Program-made: the position numbers and the translations under genes | Source: Dehalococcoidia bacterium | GTDB taxonomy: Bacteria; Chloroflexota; Dehalococcoidia; Lucifugimonadales; UBA2985 | Direction: 5' to 3' | Length of the DNA: 64,000 nucleotides | Assembly: GCA_965218945.1 (NCBI GenBank) | Contig: OZ244718.1 | Coordinates: 753,522 to 817,521, forward strand | Shown here: in pieces, positions 44,846 to 54,464 of the stretch | Layout: each line of letters opens with the position of its first letter | How positions within the stretch are numbered: the first letter of the stretch is position 1 | The notes under the pieces: generated by a model | The model's database searches: none | What the model saw: only the letters and a program-made list of their open reading frames with translations | What the model was told of the DNA's origin: nothing

Positions 44846-45056
44846 TGGCAAGGAGAGCAGGGCAGAGGTCTTTATGATGGCTCTTGAGTCCTTGTCGAAG
44901 GCAGAGAAGAGACTGGTTGCTTCACGGCTACTGGACTATCCCTACCTCCGGGAGGATGTTCTGGACATTGCCATCATACGAGACCGAGAGGGTGAGCCTT
45001 CGTACCCCATCGAGGAGCTCATGGCTAGAATGGGAGAGACCTCCTTGGCAGGGTGA
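44835..45056 (+). CDS. Putative antitoxin, paralog 2 (immediately upstream of relE)
   Basis: ATG 44835 overlaps paralog 1 by 11 nt. RAEVFMMALESLSKAEKRLVASRLLDYPYLREDVLDIAIIRD. Its stop overlaps the GTG start of the toxin. Confidence 0.55.
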   Translation: MKADGKESRAEVFMMALESLSKAEKRLVASRLLDYPYLREDVLDIAIIRDREGEPSYPIEELMARMGETSLAG

Positions 45057-45307
45057 CATATCGAGTCCGGTTCTCTCGCTCCGCTTGGAGGGAACTGTCC
45101 CGACTTTCGTCAAGAGAGAGTGCCCGAATCAGGGAAAAGGCTTATTCCCTTGGTGACAATCCCAGGCAGCAAGGCGCTAAGAAGCTTACAGGTCGGGAGG
45201 AGTACAGCTTGCGAGTCGGGGATTACAGGATTCTGTATACCATAGATGACCGGGATAGTTTAGTGACACTCCAAGCTGTACGTCACCGGTGGGAGGCTTA
45301 TCGCTGA
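45053..45307 (+). CDS. relE: RelE/ParE-family type II toxin
   Basis: 84-aa ORF. YRVRFSRSAWRELSRL...KKLTGREEYSLRVGDYRILYTIDDRDSLVTLQAVRHRWEAY matches the RelE/StbE pattern. Confidence 0.8.
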   Translation: MTYRVRFSRSAWRELSRLSSRESARIREKAYSLGDNPRQQGAKKLTGREEYSLRVGDYRILYTIDDRDSLVTLQAVRHRWEAYR

Positions 45308-45335
45308 CCAGGCTGCGAGGAGAATATACTCTGCA

Positions 45336-46184
45336 ATGCTTCAAATCACATCCTCGGTTAAGGCCATCGTAGAGCGTGCGCTGGAGGAGGACTTGGGCCA
45401 GGGCGATATCACCACCGACTCCCTGATCCCGCCGGACATCCGCGGGCTAGGATTGATCGTCGCCAAGACCACGGGCGTCATCGCCGGCATTGAGGTAGCT
45501 CTGGAGGTCTTCCGACAGACTGATCCCTCTGTTCATACCCGCGTGCTGGCGTCCGACGGCTCTGATGTCTCCCCTGGGGACGTGGTGGCGGAGGTGGAGG
45601 GGAGCATCGCCGGCATCCTCAAGGGCGAGCGGGTGGCCCTGAACTTCGTTCAGCGACTCAGCGGCATCGCAACGGCGACCTCCGCCCACGTGAAGGCGGT
45701 GCAAGGGACGAAGGCCAGCATCATCGATACGCGCAAGACGGTGCCGGGGCTTCGTCAGTTGGAGAAGTACGCCGTGCGAGTCGGGGGCGGCCACAACCAT
45801 CGCTACAACCTGGCCGACGGCATCCTCATCAAGGACAACCACATTGCCGCTCTGCGCGCCCAGGAGCTTGGGCTGGCGGAGATAGTGAGCCGCGCCAGGG
45901 AGAACTCGCCGCACATGCTCAGGGTTGAGGTAGAGGTGGAGTCTATTGAGGAGGCCAGGGAGGCGCTGGAGGCCCGCGCCGATGTCATTATGCTGGACAA
46001 TATGTCCCCCGAGGAGATGAGGCAGGTGGTGGCGATGTCGGGAGGCAGGTGCCTCTTGGAGGCTTCAGGCGGAATCAACCTGGAGACCGTAAGAGCCGTT
46101 GCCGAGACGGGGGTGGACCTAATATCCGTGGGCGCTCTCACCCACTCAGTCACAGCGATGGACATCAGCCTGGATATGAGGTAG
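45336..46184 (+). CDS. nadC: Nicotinate-nucleotide pyrophosphorylase (carboxylating)
   Basis: 282-aa ORF with ALEEDLGQGDITT, ILKGERVALNFVQRLSGIAT, DTRKTVPGLR, IKDNH, MLDNM and SGGI. Confidence 0.9.
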   Translation: MLQITSSVKAIVERALEEDLGQGDITTDSLIPPDIRGLGLIVAKTTGVIAGIEVALEVFRQTDPSVHTRVLASDGSDVSPGDVVAEVEGSIAGILKGERVALNFVQRLSGIATATSAHVKAVQGTKASIIDTRKTVPGLRQLEKYAVRVGGGHNHRYNLADGILIKDNHIAALRAQELGLAEIVSRARENSPHMLRVEVEVESIEEAREALEARADVIMLDNMSPEEMRQVVAMSGGRCLLEASGGINLETVRAVAETGVDLISVGALTHSVTAMDISLDMR

Positions 46185-46305
46185 AGCAAGTCTGTGTGGC
46201 TGGCTTGGCGGCGTCAATGCAGAGGCTTTCCAAGGACGAACGTCTGCCAGAAAATTCGGAGGCCGCCACAAGAGTGTCCGTTTGATGTGGTATGGGCTGC
46301 CATGA

Positions 46306-46334
46306 TTGTCCCTGGCAGCTTGATGTGATATACT
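46306..46334 (+). promoter_or_regulatory. Candidate sigma70-type promoter for rpsB-tsf
   Basis: -35 TTGTCC (46306-46311), 17-bp spacer, extended -10 TGaTATACT (46326-46334). Confidence 0.35.
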
Positions 46335-46388
46335 TGGCGAAAATTATCGTGTGGGCTTGTGCCTGTAAGGAGTAGGAAGGCAGGTCTT

Positions 46389-47228
46389 ATGGTCGTATCG
46401 GAAGAGCGGGAGCCAGCGCCTCAGCCTCAAGAGACGCTGACAATGAAGTCATTACTGGAAGCCGGGGTGCATTTCGGGCATCAAACCCAGAGATGGCATC
46501 CTCGGATGAAGCAATTCATATTCGCCCAGCGGAACGGGATCCACATCATAGACCTGCAGCAGACTATGTACCTCCTGGATCGGGCGCGCCAGTTCATATC
46601 TAACGTCGTAGCGGGCGGAGATAGCGTCCTCTTTGTGGGCACCAAGCGGCAGGCCCAGGACTCCATAGAGCTGGCGGCCAAAAGGTGCGAGATGTTCTAC
46701 GTCAAGCACAGGTGGCTTGGCGGCATGCTGACCAACTTCCCAACCATCCAGGGCCGTATCGACCACTTGGTACGCTTGGAAGAGCGGCAGGCGCGTGGTG
46801 GGTTCGGTCTTCTCACCAAGAAGGAAGGCCTGAAGCTGGAGGACGAGATAGAGCGGTTGAACAGGAACTTCGGCGGCGTCAAGGAAATGACTCGACTGCC
46901 CGGCGCGCTTTTCGTGGTGGACATAGGCAGGGAGAAGATAGCCGTGGCGGAGGGCCGTCGAATGGGCATTCCCATAGTCGCCATAGTTGATACCGACGGC
47001 GACCCGAACCTGGTGGACTATCCTATTGCCGGCAACGATGACGCTATACGCTCCATCAGCCTGGTGACTGCTCGCATGGCCGACGCCGTTGGCGACGGCA
47101 TGAACAGGCGCAGGGAGCTTGCCATGACGCTGGCGGCGGAGGAAGAGGCGGATTTGGACGATGAGGATATACAAGAGATGCTACAGGACCAGGACGAAAA
47201 CGGTGCTGAGCAGCAGGGGGATGTATAG
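46389..47228 (+). CDS. rpsB: 30S ribosomal protein S2
   Basis: [33 protein letters not shown] and an acidic C-terminal tail. Start uncertain (46389 or 46443). Confidence 0.9.
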   Translation: MVVSEEREPAPQPQETLTMKSLLEAGVHFGHQTQRWHPRMKQFIFAQRNGIHIIDLQQTMYLLDRARQFISNVVAGGDSVLFVGTKRQAQDSIELAAKRCEMFYVKHRWLGGMLTNFPTIQGRIDHLVRLEERQARGGFGLLTKKEGLKLEDEIERLNRNFGGVKEMTRLPGALFVVDIGREKIAVAEGRRMGIPIVAIVDTDGDPNLVDYPIAGNDDAIRSISLVTARMADAVGDGMNRRRELAMTLAAEEEADLDDEDIQEMLQDQDENGAEQQGDV

Positions 47229-47232
47229 AGAT

Positions 47233-48481
<1,249 letters not shown>

Positions 48482-48506
48482 TAACTTTCTACGTATGGAG
48501 CGGCCA

Positions 48507-49070
48507 ATGGTTACTATCAATGAAGTTTTGGAAGAGTCGGACGTCAGGAAGAAGAGATCGGTGGAGGCGCTGAAGAAGGAGTTGAGCGTCATCAGGACCG
48601 GGAGAGCCAGTCCTGGCCTGATAGAGAATATCCTGGTGGACTACTACGGCACATCTACTCCCTTGAACCAGCTGGCCTCTATCACCGTTCCGGAGGCGCG
48701 CTTGCTGGTGGTGCAGCCCTGGGACCGCAAGAGCCTGCTTGCAGTGGAGAAGGCCATCTTGAAGAACGATCTGGGGTTGAATCCCAGCAACGACGGGACC
48801 GTACTTCGTCTAGCAATACCTCAGCTTACCGAGGAGCGCCGCAAGGATCTGGTGCGGTTGGTGCGGAAGAAGGCTGAAGATGGCCGGGTGGAGGTGCGGA
48901 ACATCAGGCGGAGCATACTTGAAAAGCTGAGGGCGCTGGAGAAGGACAAGGAGATATCCCAGGACGAGTCCAAGCGCGCCCAGGACCAACTGCAGAAGAT
49001 GACTGACCTTCACATCGCTCAGATGGACTCCATAGCAGAGGAGAAAGAGAAAGAGGTTTTGGAGGTCTAG
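48507..49070 (+). CDS. frr: Ribosome recycling factor
   Basis: ATG 48507 (or 48495). LKKELSVIRTGRASPGLIENILVDYYG, IPQLTEERRKDLVRLVRK. Confidence 0.9.
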   Translation: MVTINEVLEESDVRKKRSVEALKKELSVIRTGRASPGLIENILVDYYGTSTPLNQLASITVPEARLLVVQPWDRKSLLAVEKAILKNDLGLNPSNDGTVLRLAIPQLTEERRKDLVRLVRKKAEDGRVEVRNIRRSILEKLRALEKDKEISQDESKRAQDQLQKMTDLHIAQMDSIAEEKEKEVLEV

Positions 49071-49083
49071 GGCGAGACAGCCC

Positions 49084-49836
49084 ATGAAATCGCAAAACCA
49101 AGCAACCATACAAAACGGGTCCCGAAAGGGTCCCATACCCGTGCACGTAGCCATAATTATGGACGGCAACGGGAGGTGGGCCAGGCAGCGAAGGCTCCCA
49201 AGGTTAGCCGGACACAAGGCCGGGACTGAGAACATACGCCGCGTCATAGAAGGTTTTTCCGACGCCGGCGTGAAGTACCTGACCATCTACGCCTTCTCGA
49301 CGGAGAACTGGGACCGCCCGTCTGAGGAAGTACACGGGCTGATGGATATCATCCAGGACGTCATCCACAGAGAGGCCCAGGCACTGCACAAGCAGGGTGT
49401 CAGGTTGCGGCACCTGGGCAGGTTGGACAGGCTCTCCCCCCAGCTTCAGAAAGCCGTGTGCGATGCAGTGGATCTCACCAAGGGCAACGACGTCATCACC
49501 CTGAACGTGGCTTTTGACTACGGAGGAAGGGCGGAGATCCTGGAATCGATACGCGCCCTGGTGAGAGAGGGCGTGGCCCCCGAGCAGATAGATGAGAATA
49601 TGCTCAGCAGTCGCCTCTACACCGCCGGCATCCCGGACCCCGACCTTATTATACGCACGGGCGGCGAGCTTAGACTGAGCAACTTCCTGCTGTGGCAGTC
49701 GGCGTACAGCGAATACTATTGCACGCCCGCCCTCTGGCCTGACTTCAACCAGGAGGAGCTTGAAAAGGCCTTGGTGGCCTACAGCCAGCGCGCCCGGCGC
49801 TTTGGGAGGGTGGAAAACAGCCAGCCGCTACTGTGA
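49084..49836 (+). CDS. uppS: Isoprenyl (undecaprenyl) diphosphate synthase
   Basis: HVAIIMDGNGRWA, LTIYAFSTENWDRP, IRTGGELRLSNFLLWQSAYSEYY. Confidence 0.9.
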   Translation: MKSQNQATIQNGSRKGPIPVHVAIIMDGNGRWARQRRLPRLAGHKAGTENIRRVIEGFSDAGVKYLTIYAFSTENWDRPSEEVHGLMDIIQDVIHREAQALHKQGVRLRHLGRLDRLSPQLQKAVCDAVDLTKGNDVITLNVAFDYGGRAEILESIRALVREGVAPEQIDENMLSSRLYTAGIPDPDLIIRTGGELRLSNFLLWQSAYSEYYCTPALWPDFNQEELEKALVAYSQRARRFGRVENSQPLL

Positions 49837-49877
49837 CGCTGGCGCTTGCCTAACCGCAATATAAACCTTGCTTGTCA

Positions 49878-50264
49878 TCAAGACTCCCGCAACGGACGGA
49901 AGTGCTCCTCGAGCCAGACCGCCAGCTCTGCGAATCTGAACGAGTTGGTCTCGAACAAGTGCATGAAGAAGGCGTGAGCCTCTTCGCTGTCGCAGTCTAT
50001 GTAGTGGCCGTTCATGCGAAGAAACGCTTCGGTGGTAGCGAAGGCGGTTCGCTTGTTGCCGTCCACGAAGGGGTGATTCATGGTCAGGCTCTCCAAGAGG
50101 GCGGCTGCTTCCTCAACTAGGGTGTCGTAGTACCCCATCTGTGGCCGCATGATTGCGGAAGCCAGCGCGCCTTCGTCACGGATGCCTAAAGCGCCGCCGA
50201 ATTCGCTTATTAATGCATCATGGAACTCAATGACCTCCTCAATTGTGGGGAAGTCGTGGGTCAC
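49878..50264 (-). CDS. doc: Fic/Doc-family toxin (death-on-curing type)
   Basis: 128-aa ORF with the Doc active-site motif HPFVDGNKRTAF. Confidence 0.85.
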   Translation of the reverse strand: MTHDFPTIEEVIEFHDALISEFGGALGIRDEGALASAIMRPQMGYYDTLVEEAAALLESLTMNHPFVDGNKRTAFATTEAFLRMNGHYIDCDSEEAHAFFMHLFETNSFRFAELAVWLEEHFRPLRES

Positions 50265-50488
50265 TTGGCTAGCAACTCATAGAGGCGCCGGTGCCTTTCG
50301 ACGCTGGCGCGGTAGTGGGCCATTACCTCCGGGCGAACCTTGCCTTGCTCTCTGCTTTCAAGGTACTGTTGCATGGCGTCTTCCAGCACCGACTGGAAGT
50401 GACGCCCCTCCGTCCGCGCAACATCACGCATTGCGGCCAGCAGCTCCGGGGAGGCCTGGCTGGAGAACTTCTCTCGTGTTGTAGCCAT
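50261..50488 (-). CDS. Putative antitoxin of Doc (RHH/Phd-like)
   Basis: Internal ATG 50488 gives 75 aa (MATTREKFSSQASPELLAAMRDVARTEGRHFQSVLEDAMQQYLE...). Its stop overlaps the doc start by 4 nt. Confidence 0.6.
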   Translation of the reverse strand: MATTREKFSSQASPELLAAMRDVARTEGRHFQSVLEDAMQQYLESREQGKVRPEVMAHYRASVERHRRLYELLAK

Positions 50489-50595
50489 GGAAAGCGCTCC
50501 TGTATGGTTTCGTTCTATTGTGAGTCTAAGAGACCAATGCGTCAAGATGGTTCTTGATGACATCGGACCGCCGGTACTGTGACGCCGGCGCTTGG

Positions 50596-51348
50596 CTAAC
50601 CAAAAAGGGGCGAGTCTTGCAGGGCCTGTGGGAACTCTCCCAGGCTCTGTACGGTCATGTGAGGCGTAGCTATCTTCTCCTGGCCCTCCGCGTCGCCCAG
50701 CAGCACAGTCCACATACTGGCCCGGTTGCCCCCGTGGATGTCGTTGGCGATGTGGTCTCCCAGGTGGACTGCCCTGTCTGGTGACGTTCCTAAAGCGTCC
50801 AGGGTCGTGTGGAACATCTCGATAGAAGGCTTGGAGAGCCTCACCTCGTCTGAGAAGGTGAGGACCTGAAAGAAATCAAGGAGATCGTGCTGAGCCAGAT
50901 ATCTGCGGAACAGCCGGCCTGGGGTCATGCCGGTGTTGGATATCATGCCCAGTTTGTACCCCTGCTTTGACAGCTCCTCCAGGCATCCGTAGGCCTCCTC
51001 GTCAACTCTGGGAGGGAAATCGAAGAAGGACTCGGCGTACCAGTAGGTGATCCGCTCCACCACGTCTCCGTCCAGACGACGAGACAGGCCTTCATCGATG
51101 AAGTCTATGAACATATTGACCTGCTCGTCGAAGGTGACGTCCTTCTCGTCGTGGTGTATTACGCGACAAGCGCGGAAGCAGCTTCTGTACGCCTCCCGGA
51201 GGTGGTCGAGCGAGTAGTCGTAGCCCGCGTCGGTGAGGGCTTCAATAGCGCCCTCAAGACGGCGCTGCGTCCTCGCCCTGCCCAGCTCGCGGTCGTCTAT
51301 TATGAGGGTCTGCCAAAGGTCGAATGTGATGGCGTCGATTGCGGGCAT
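50596..51348 (-). CDS. HAD-superfamily hydrolase
   Basis: 250-aa ORF with motif I ITFDLWQTL, motif II ISNT and motif IV HLGDHIANDIHG. Confidence 0.75.
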   Translation of the reverse strand: MPAIDAITFDLWQTLIIDDRELGRARTQRRLEGAIEALTDAGYDYSLDHLREAYRSCFRACRVIHHDEKDVTFDEQVNMFIDFIDEGLSRRLDGDVVERITYWYAESFFDFPPRVDEEAYGCLEELSKQGYKLGMISNTGMTPGRLFRRYLAQHDLLDFFQVLTFSDEVRLSKPSIEMFHTTLDALGTSPDRAVHLGDHIANDIHGGNRASMWTVLLGDAEGQEKIATPHMTVQSLGEFPQALQDSPLFG

Positions 51349-51354
51349 GGCGGG

Positions 51355-53064
51355 CTACTCCAGCTCCAGCAGCTTTCCGGCCATCACGTCCACCAAGCCC
51401 ATGTCCGTCAGCTTCAGTTCAGGGATAACCGGAAGGGCGAGGAAGGAGAGTACCGAGAAGGGAGAGTGTACCGAGCATCCAAGTTCCCGGGCAAGCCTCT
51501 CGAGGTCCTCAATCTTGGCCGCCACCGTCTCCAGGGGTTCCGGCGAAAGCAGCCCGGCAATCGGCAGCGGCAGCGAGGCCTGGGCCATTCCGTCCGCCGC
51601 CACCGCCAGCCCGCCCTGGTTCTGCTCGACCTCCTTGATTGCGGCGAATATGTCCCCGTCGTCCACGCCGACCACAACGATATTGTGGGAGTCGTGTGCT
51701 ACGGAGGTGGCCAGAGCGCCTCTGTGCAGTCCGAAGCCCTTTACAAGCCCAATGCCCACGTTACCCGTGGCGTGGTGCCGCTCCATCACCACCAGCTTCA
51801 GCAGGTCGCGGCCCGTGTCGGCGACTATGCTGCCGTTGCTTCGGCTGGGGCGCTCGTCCAGTCTCCGGGTCACTATCTGCCCCGGGACTATCTCGATCAC
51901 AGGGTATGTCTCGGTGGCATTGGACTTCAATGCCAGCCCCTCAACGGCGAAGGGCTTTACGCGCATGGTGCGAGCCATCGAGTCGTTGGGAGGAAGGGCA
52001 GCGTCGAACAGCGCCTTCCCGTCCTTGGCCACCAGCTTGCCTCTGTAGTAGACCTGCTCGATGTCCAGCGCCTCCAGGTCTTGGATGACCAGCATGTTGG
52101 CGTGATAGCCCGGCGCTATGCCTCCCAGTCCCTCCAGCCGGAAGTACTCTGCAACGTTGAGGGAGGCCATCTGAATCGCTCTGATGGGATCCAGGCCCAG
52201 CCGGATTGCCTTGCGCACCACAGCGTCCACGTCCCCTTCCTTCAGGACGTCCAAGGCGTTCCGGTCGTCCACCACCAGCATGCACCGGTGATAGTTTCCC
52301 TGGTTGACCAGGGGCAGAAGCTCCTCCAGATTCTTCTCCGAGGAACCCTCCCTGATCATCAGGCGCATCCCCCGGCGCAGCTTCTCCAACCCCTCCTCGT
52401 ACTCTGTGGACTCGTGGTCAGAGCCTATGATAGGGGCTAGGTAGGCGTTGAGGGCTTTGCCCCTCACCCGCGGCGCGTGACCGTCCCTGGGCCGTCCGTG
52501 GGCCGCCTGCACCTTCTCCAGTACATGGTCATCGCCGCCGATGACGCCAGGGAAGTTCATGACCTCTCCCAGACCCAGGACACCCCTCCATCGAAGGGCT
52601 TTCTTAATGTCCTCCGGGCCCAGCGTTGCGCCGGATGTCTCCATGTGGGTGGCGGGAACGCAGGACGGGGCCATGAAGAAGAGGTCCACAGGCACTTTGC
52701 GGGCGCAGTCCATGATGTAACGCATACCGTCCAGGCCCGACACGTTGGTCACCTCGTGGAGGTCCGTCACCGCTGCCAGCGTGCCTCTGGGCACGACGGC
52801 CCTGGCGAACTGGTCGACGTGGAGGTACGTGCTCTCCAGGTGGACGTGCCCGTCGATGAACCCCGGCGCAAGGAATTTGCCTTCCAGGTCCACGACTCGT
52901 CGCGCCCACGTGTAGTCGCCCACGCCCGCCACACGGCCGCGATGCACGGCCACGCTGTTCTCCTCGATCTCGCCGGTGAAGGTGTTGACGATCCGGGCGT
53001 TGGTCAGTACCAGGTCCGCTTGGGCGTCGCCCCTGGCCACTTCTATGAGGCCCTTAAGGTCCAT
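51355..53064 (-). CDS. ade: Adenine deaminase
   Basis: 569-aa ORF. Amidohydrolase signature APGFIDGHVHLES, plus GSDHE and a C-terminal domain layout typical of Ade. Confidence 0.8.
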   Translation of the reverse strand: MDLKGLIEVARGDAQADLVLTNARIVNTFTGEIEENSVAVHRGRVAGVGDYTWARRVVDLEGKFLAPGFIDGHVHLESTYLHVDQFARAVVPRGTLAAVTDLHEVTNVSGLDGMRYIMDCARKVPVDLFFMAPSCVPATHMETSGATLGPEDIKKALRWRGVLGLGEVMNFPGVIGGDDHVLEKVQAAHGRPRDGHAPRVRGKALNAYLAPIIGSDHESTEYEEGLEKLRRGMRLMIREGSSEKNLEELLPLVNQGNYHRCMLVVDDRNALDVLKEGDVDAVVRKAIRLGLDPIRAIQMASLNVAEYFRLEGLGGIAPGYHANMLVIQDLEALDIEQVYYRGKLVAKDGKALFDAALPPNDSMARTMRVKPFAVEGLALKSNATETYPVIEIVPGQIVTRRLDERPSRSNGSIVADTGRDLLKLVVMERHHATGNVGIGLVKGFGLHRGALATSVAHDSHNIVVVGVDDGDIFAAIKEVEQNQGGLAVAADGMAQASLPLPIAGLLSPEPLETVAAKIEDLERLARELGCSVHSPFSVLSFLALPVIPELKLTDMGLVDVMAGKLLELE

Positions 53065-53596
53065 TGCCGTCTCCTGTCAATACGTAAATGTCTGCCAGAG
53101 CGCGATACCGCTCATCGTAGTCGAGGCCGTAGCCCACCAGGAACTTGTCCGGCACGGTGCAGCCAACGTAGTCCGGGGTCACCGGAGCCTCTCTGCGAGA
53201 CGGCTTGTCCAGAAAAGCGCAGACCTTGACGGACGCGGCGCCCTTCCGGCGGAGATACCGCTGGGCGTAGGACGTGGTCAGGCCCGTGTCCACTATGTCC
53301 TCCACGATAAGCACGCTCCGGTCCTTTACGGGGCTGGTAACTCCCAAGTGAAGCTTGATTCTTCCTGAAGAGACGGAGCCGCTGCCGTAGCTGGACGTGC
53401 GCATGAAGTCTATCTCTATATCGCGCTGTATCTCCCGGACTAGGTCTGCCATGAATATGAAGGAGCCTTTGAGCACCCCCACCATCAGGGGCATCTCCTT
53501 GGGATAGTCGGCCTCTATCTGCCTAGCCAGGCGCTTGACGGTGTCCGCTATTTGGTCCTTGGAAATGTACAGCTCCAACGTCTCTACCAAGCTCAT
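53054..53596 (-). CDS. hpt: Hypoxanthine(-guanine) phosphoribosyltransferase
   Basis: 180-aa ORF. PRPP motif VLIVEDIVDTGLT, C-terminal GYGLDYDERYR. Confidence 0.9.
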   Translation of the reverse strand: MSLVETLELYISKDQIADTVKRLARQIEADYPKEMPLMVGVLKGSFIFMADLVREIQRDIEIDFMRTSSYGSGSVSSGRIKLHLGVTSPVKDRSVLIVEDIVDTGLTTSYAQRYLRRKGAASVKVCAFLDKPSRREAPVTPDYVGCTVPDKFLVGYGLDYDERYRALADIYVLTGDGNGP

Positions 53597-53647
53597 CTCA
53601 ACACCACAGCGAATATAGCAAGGCGCTATGGGGCTGTCAATGAAACG

Positions 53648-54402
53648 CTACCTGCCCGTATGGTTATATGAGTAGTACACCATCTCCATAGGCAATCCCC
53701 TGGGGTCTTTCGGTGGGACTTCAGGGATTGTCTGAAGCTTACCCTGACTGGCGTAGGCGGTCACTGCCGCCGCAAGCGCGTCAAGTATGTCATCCTTGGC
53801 AACATCCTTCCGGCGAAAGCATGATATAGACTCGTCGAATATCTCTTTAGCCCGCGGCTCGATACACTGAAGCACGCGGAGACGTTCAGCCCTTCCTTCC
53901 ATTTTCTTCTTCCCCCACTCAATGGACTGCCGACCGTTCAGTGCCCAGAAGCAGAGATCTGGATGGACTTCTCTCACCAACGGCTTCGCGCCCTCACCAC
54001 GAGCCAACATCACCTTATCCACCTCATGGATCTTGGGCGTAATCGCAAAGGCTTGTCTACTAATCCCTCTTTTGGCAACTCGACGCTCCACATTGGCAGC
54101 ATCCCAGTAGTCTCTCGGCTGAACCACCGCCTGTTCCACAGTCTGTCGGGTAGGCGTACGGAAGACGCTAGAAGCACGAGAGCCGAGTATCCCCGAGCCT
54201 TGTCGTCGCAGCGGCGCCCTTTGCAATCTTCCGGAAGCCCAATTGGGATATCCACGAGAACAAGTTCGGCCTTGCGGTAGTGGGTTAGCAGTTCACGGAA
54301 TGTCGTGAACGCTTGCATTTCGTAGCTGCCGCATTGGTCGAATCCTACACTGAACCAGCCGCAGTGACAGCCGTCTACCCCGACGAACTCACTCTGCGTC
54401 AT
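53648..54402 (-). pseudogene. DUF429 (predicted RNase H-fold nuclease) gene with a -1/+1 frame break
   Basis: The N-part, in the frame of ORF 54010-54402, reads FVGVDGCHCGWFSV...LVLVDIPIGLPEDCKGRRCDDKARG. The C-part, in the frame of ORF 53648-54226, continues ILGSRASSVFRTPTRQ...VREVHPDLCFWALNG. The frame switch coincides with the C4/G4 run at 54190-54193. Confidence 0.75.
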
Positions 54403-54464
54403 TTCTTATGCACCTACACTCGCTCCTTGCAGGATGAGATATGCGGCCATATATCTGGAGGCAC

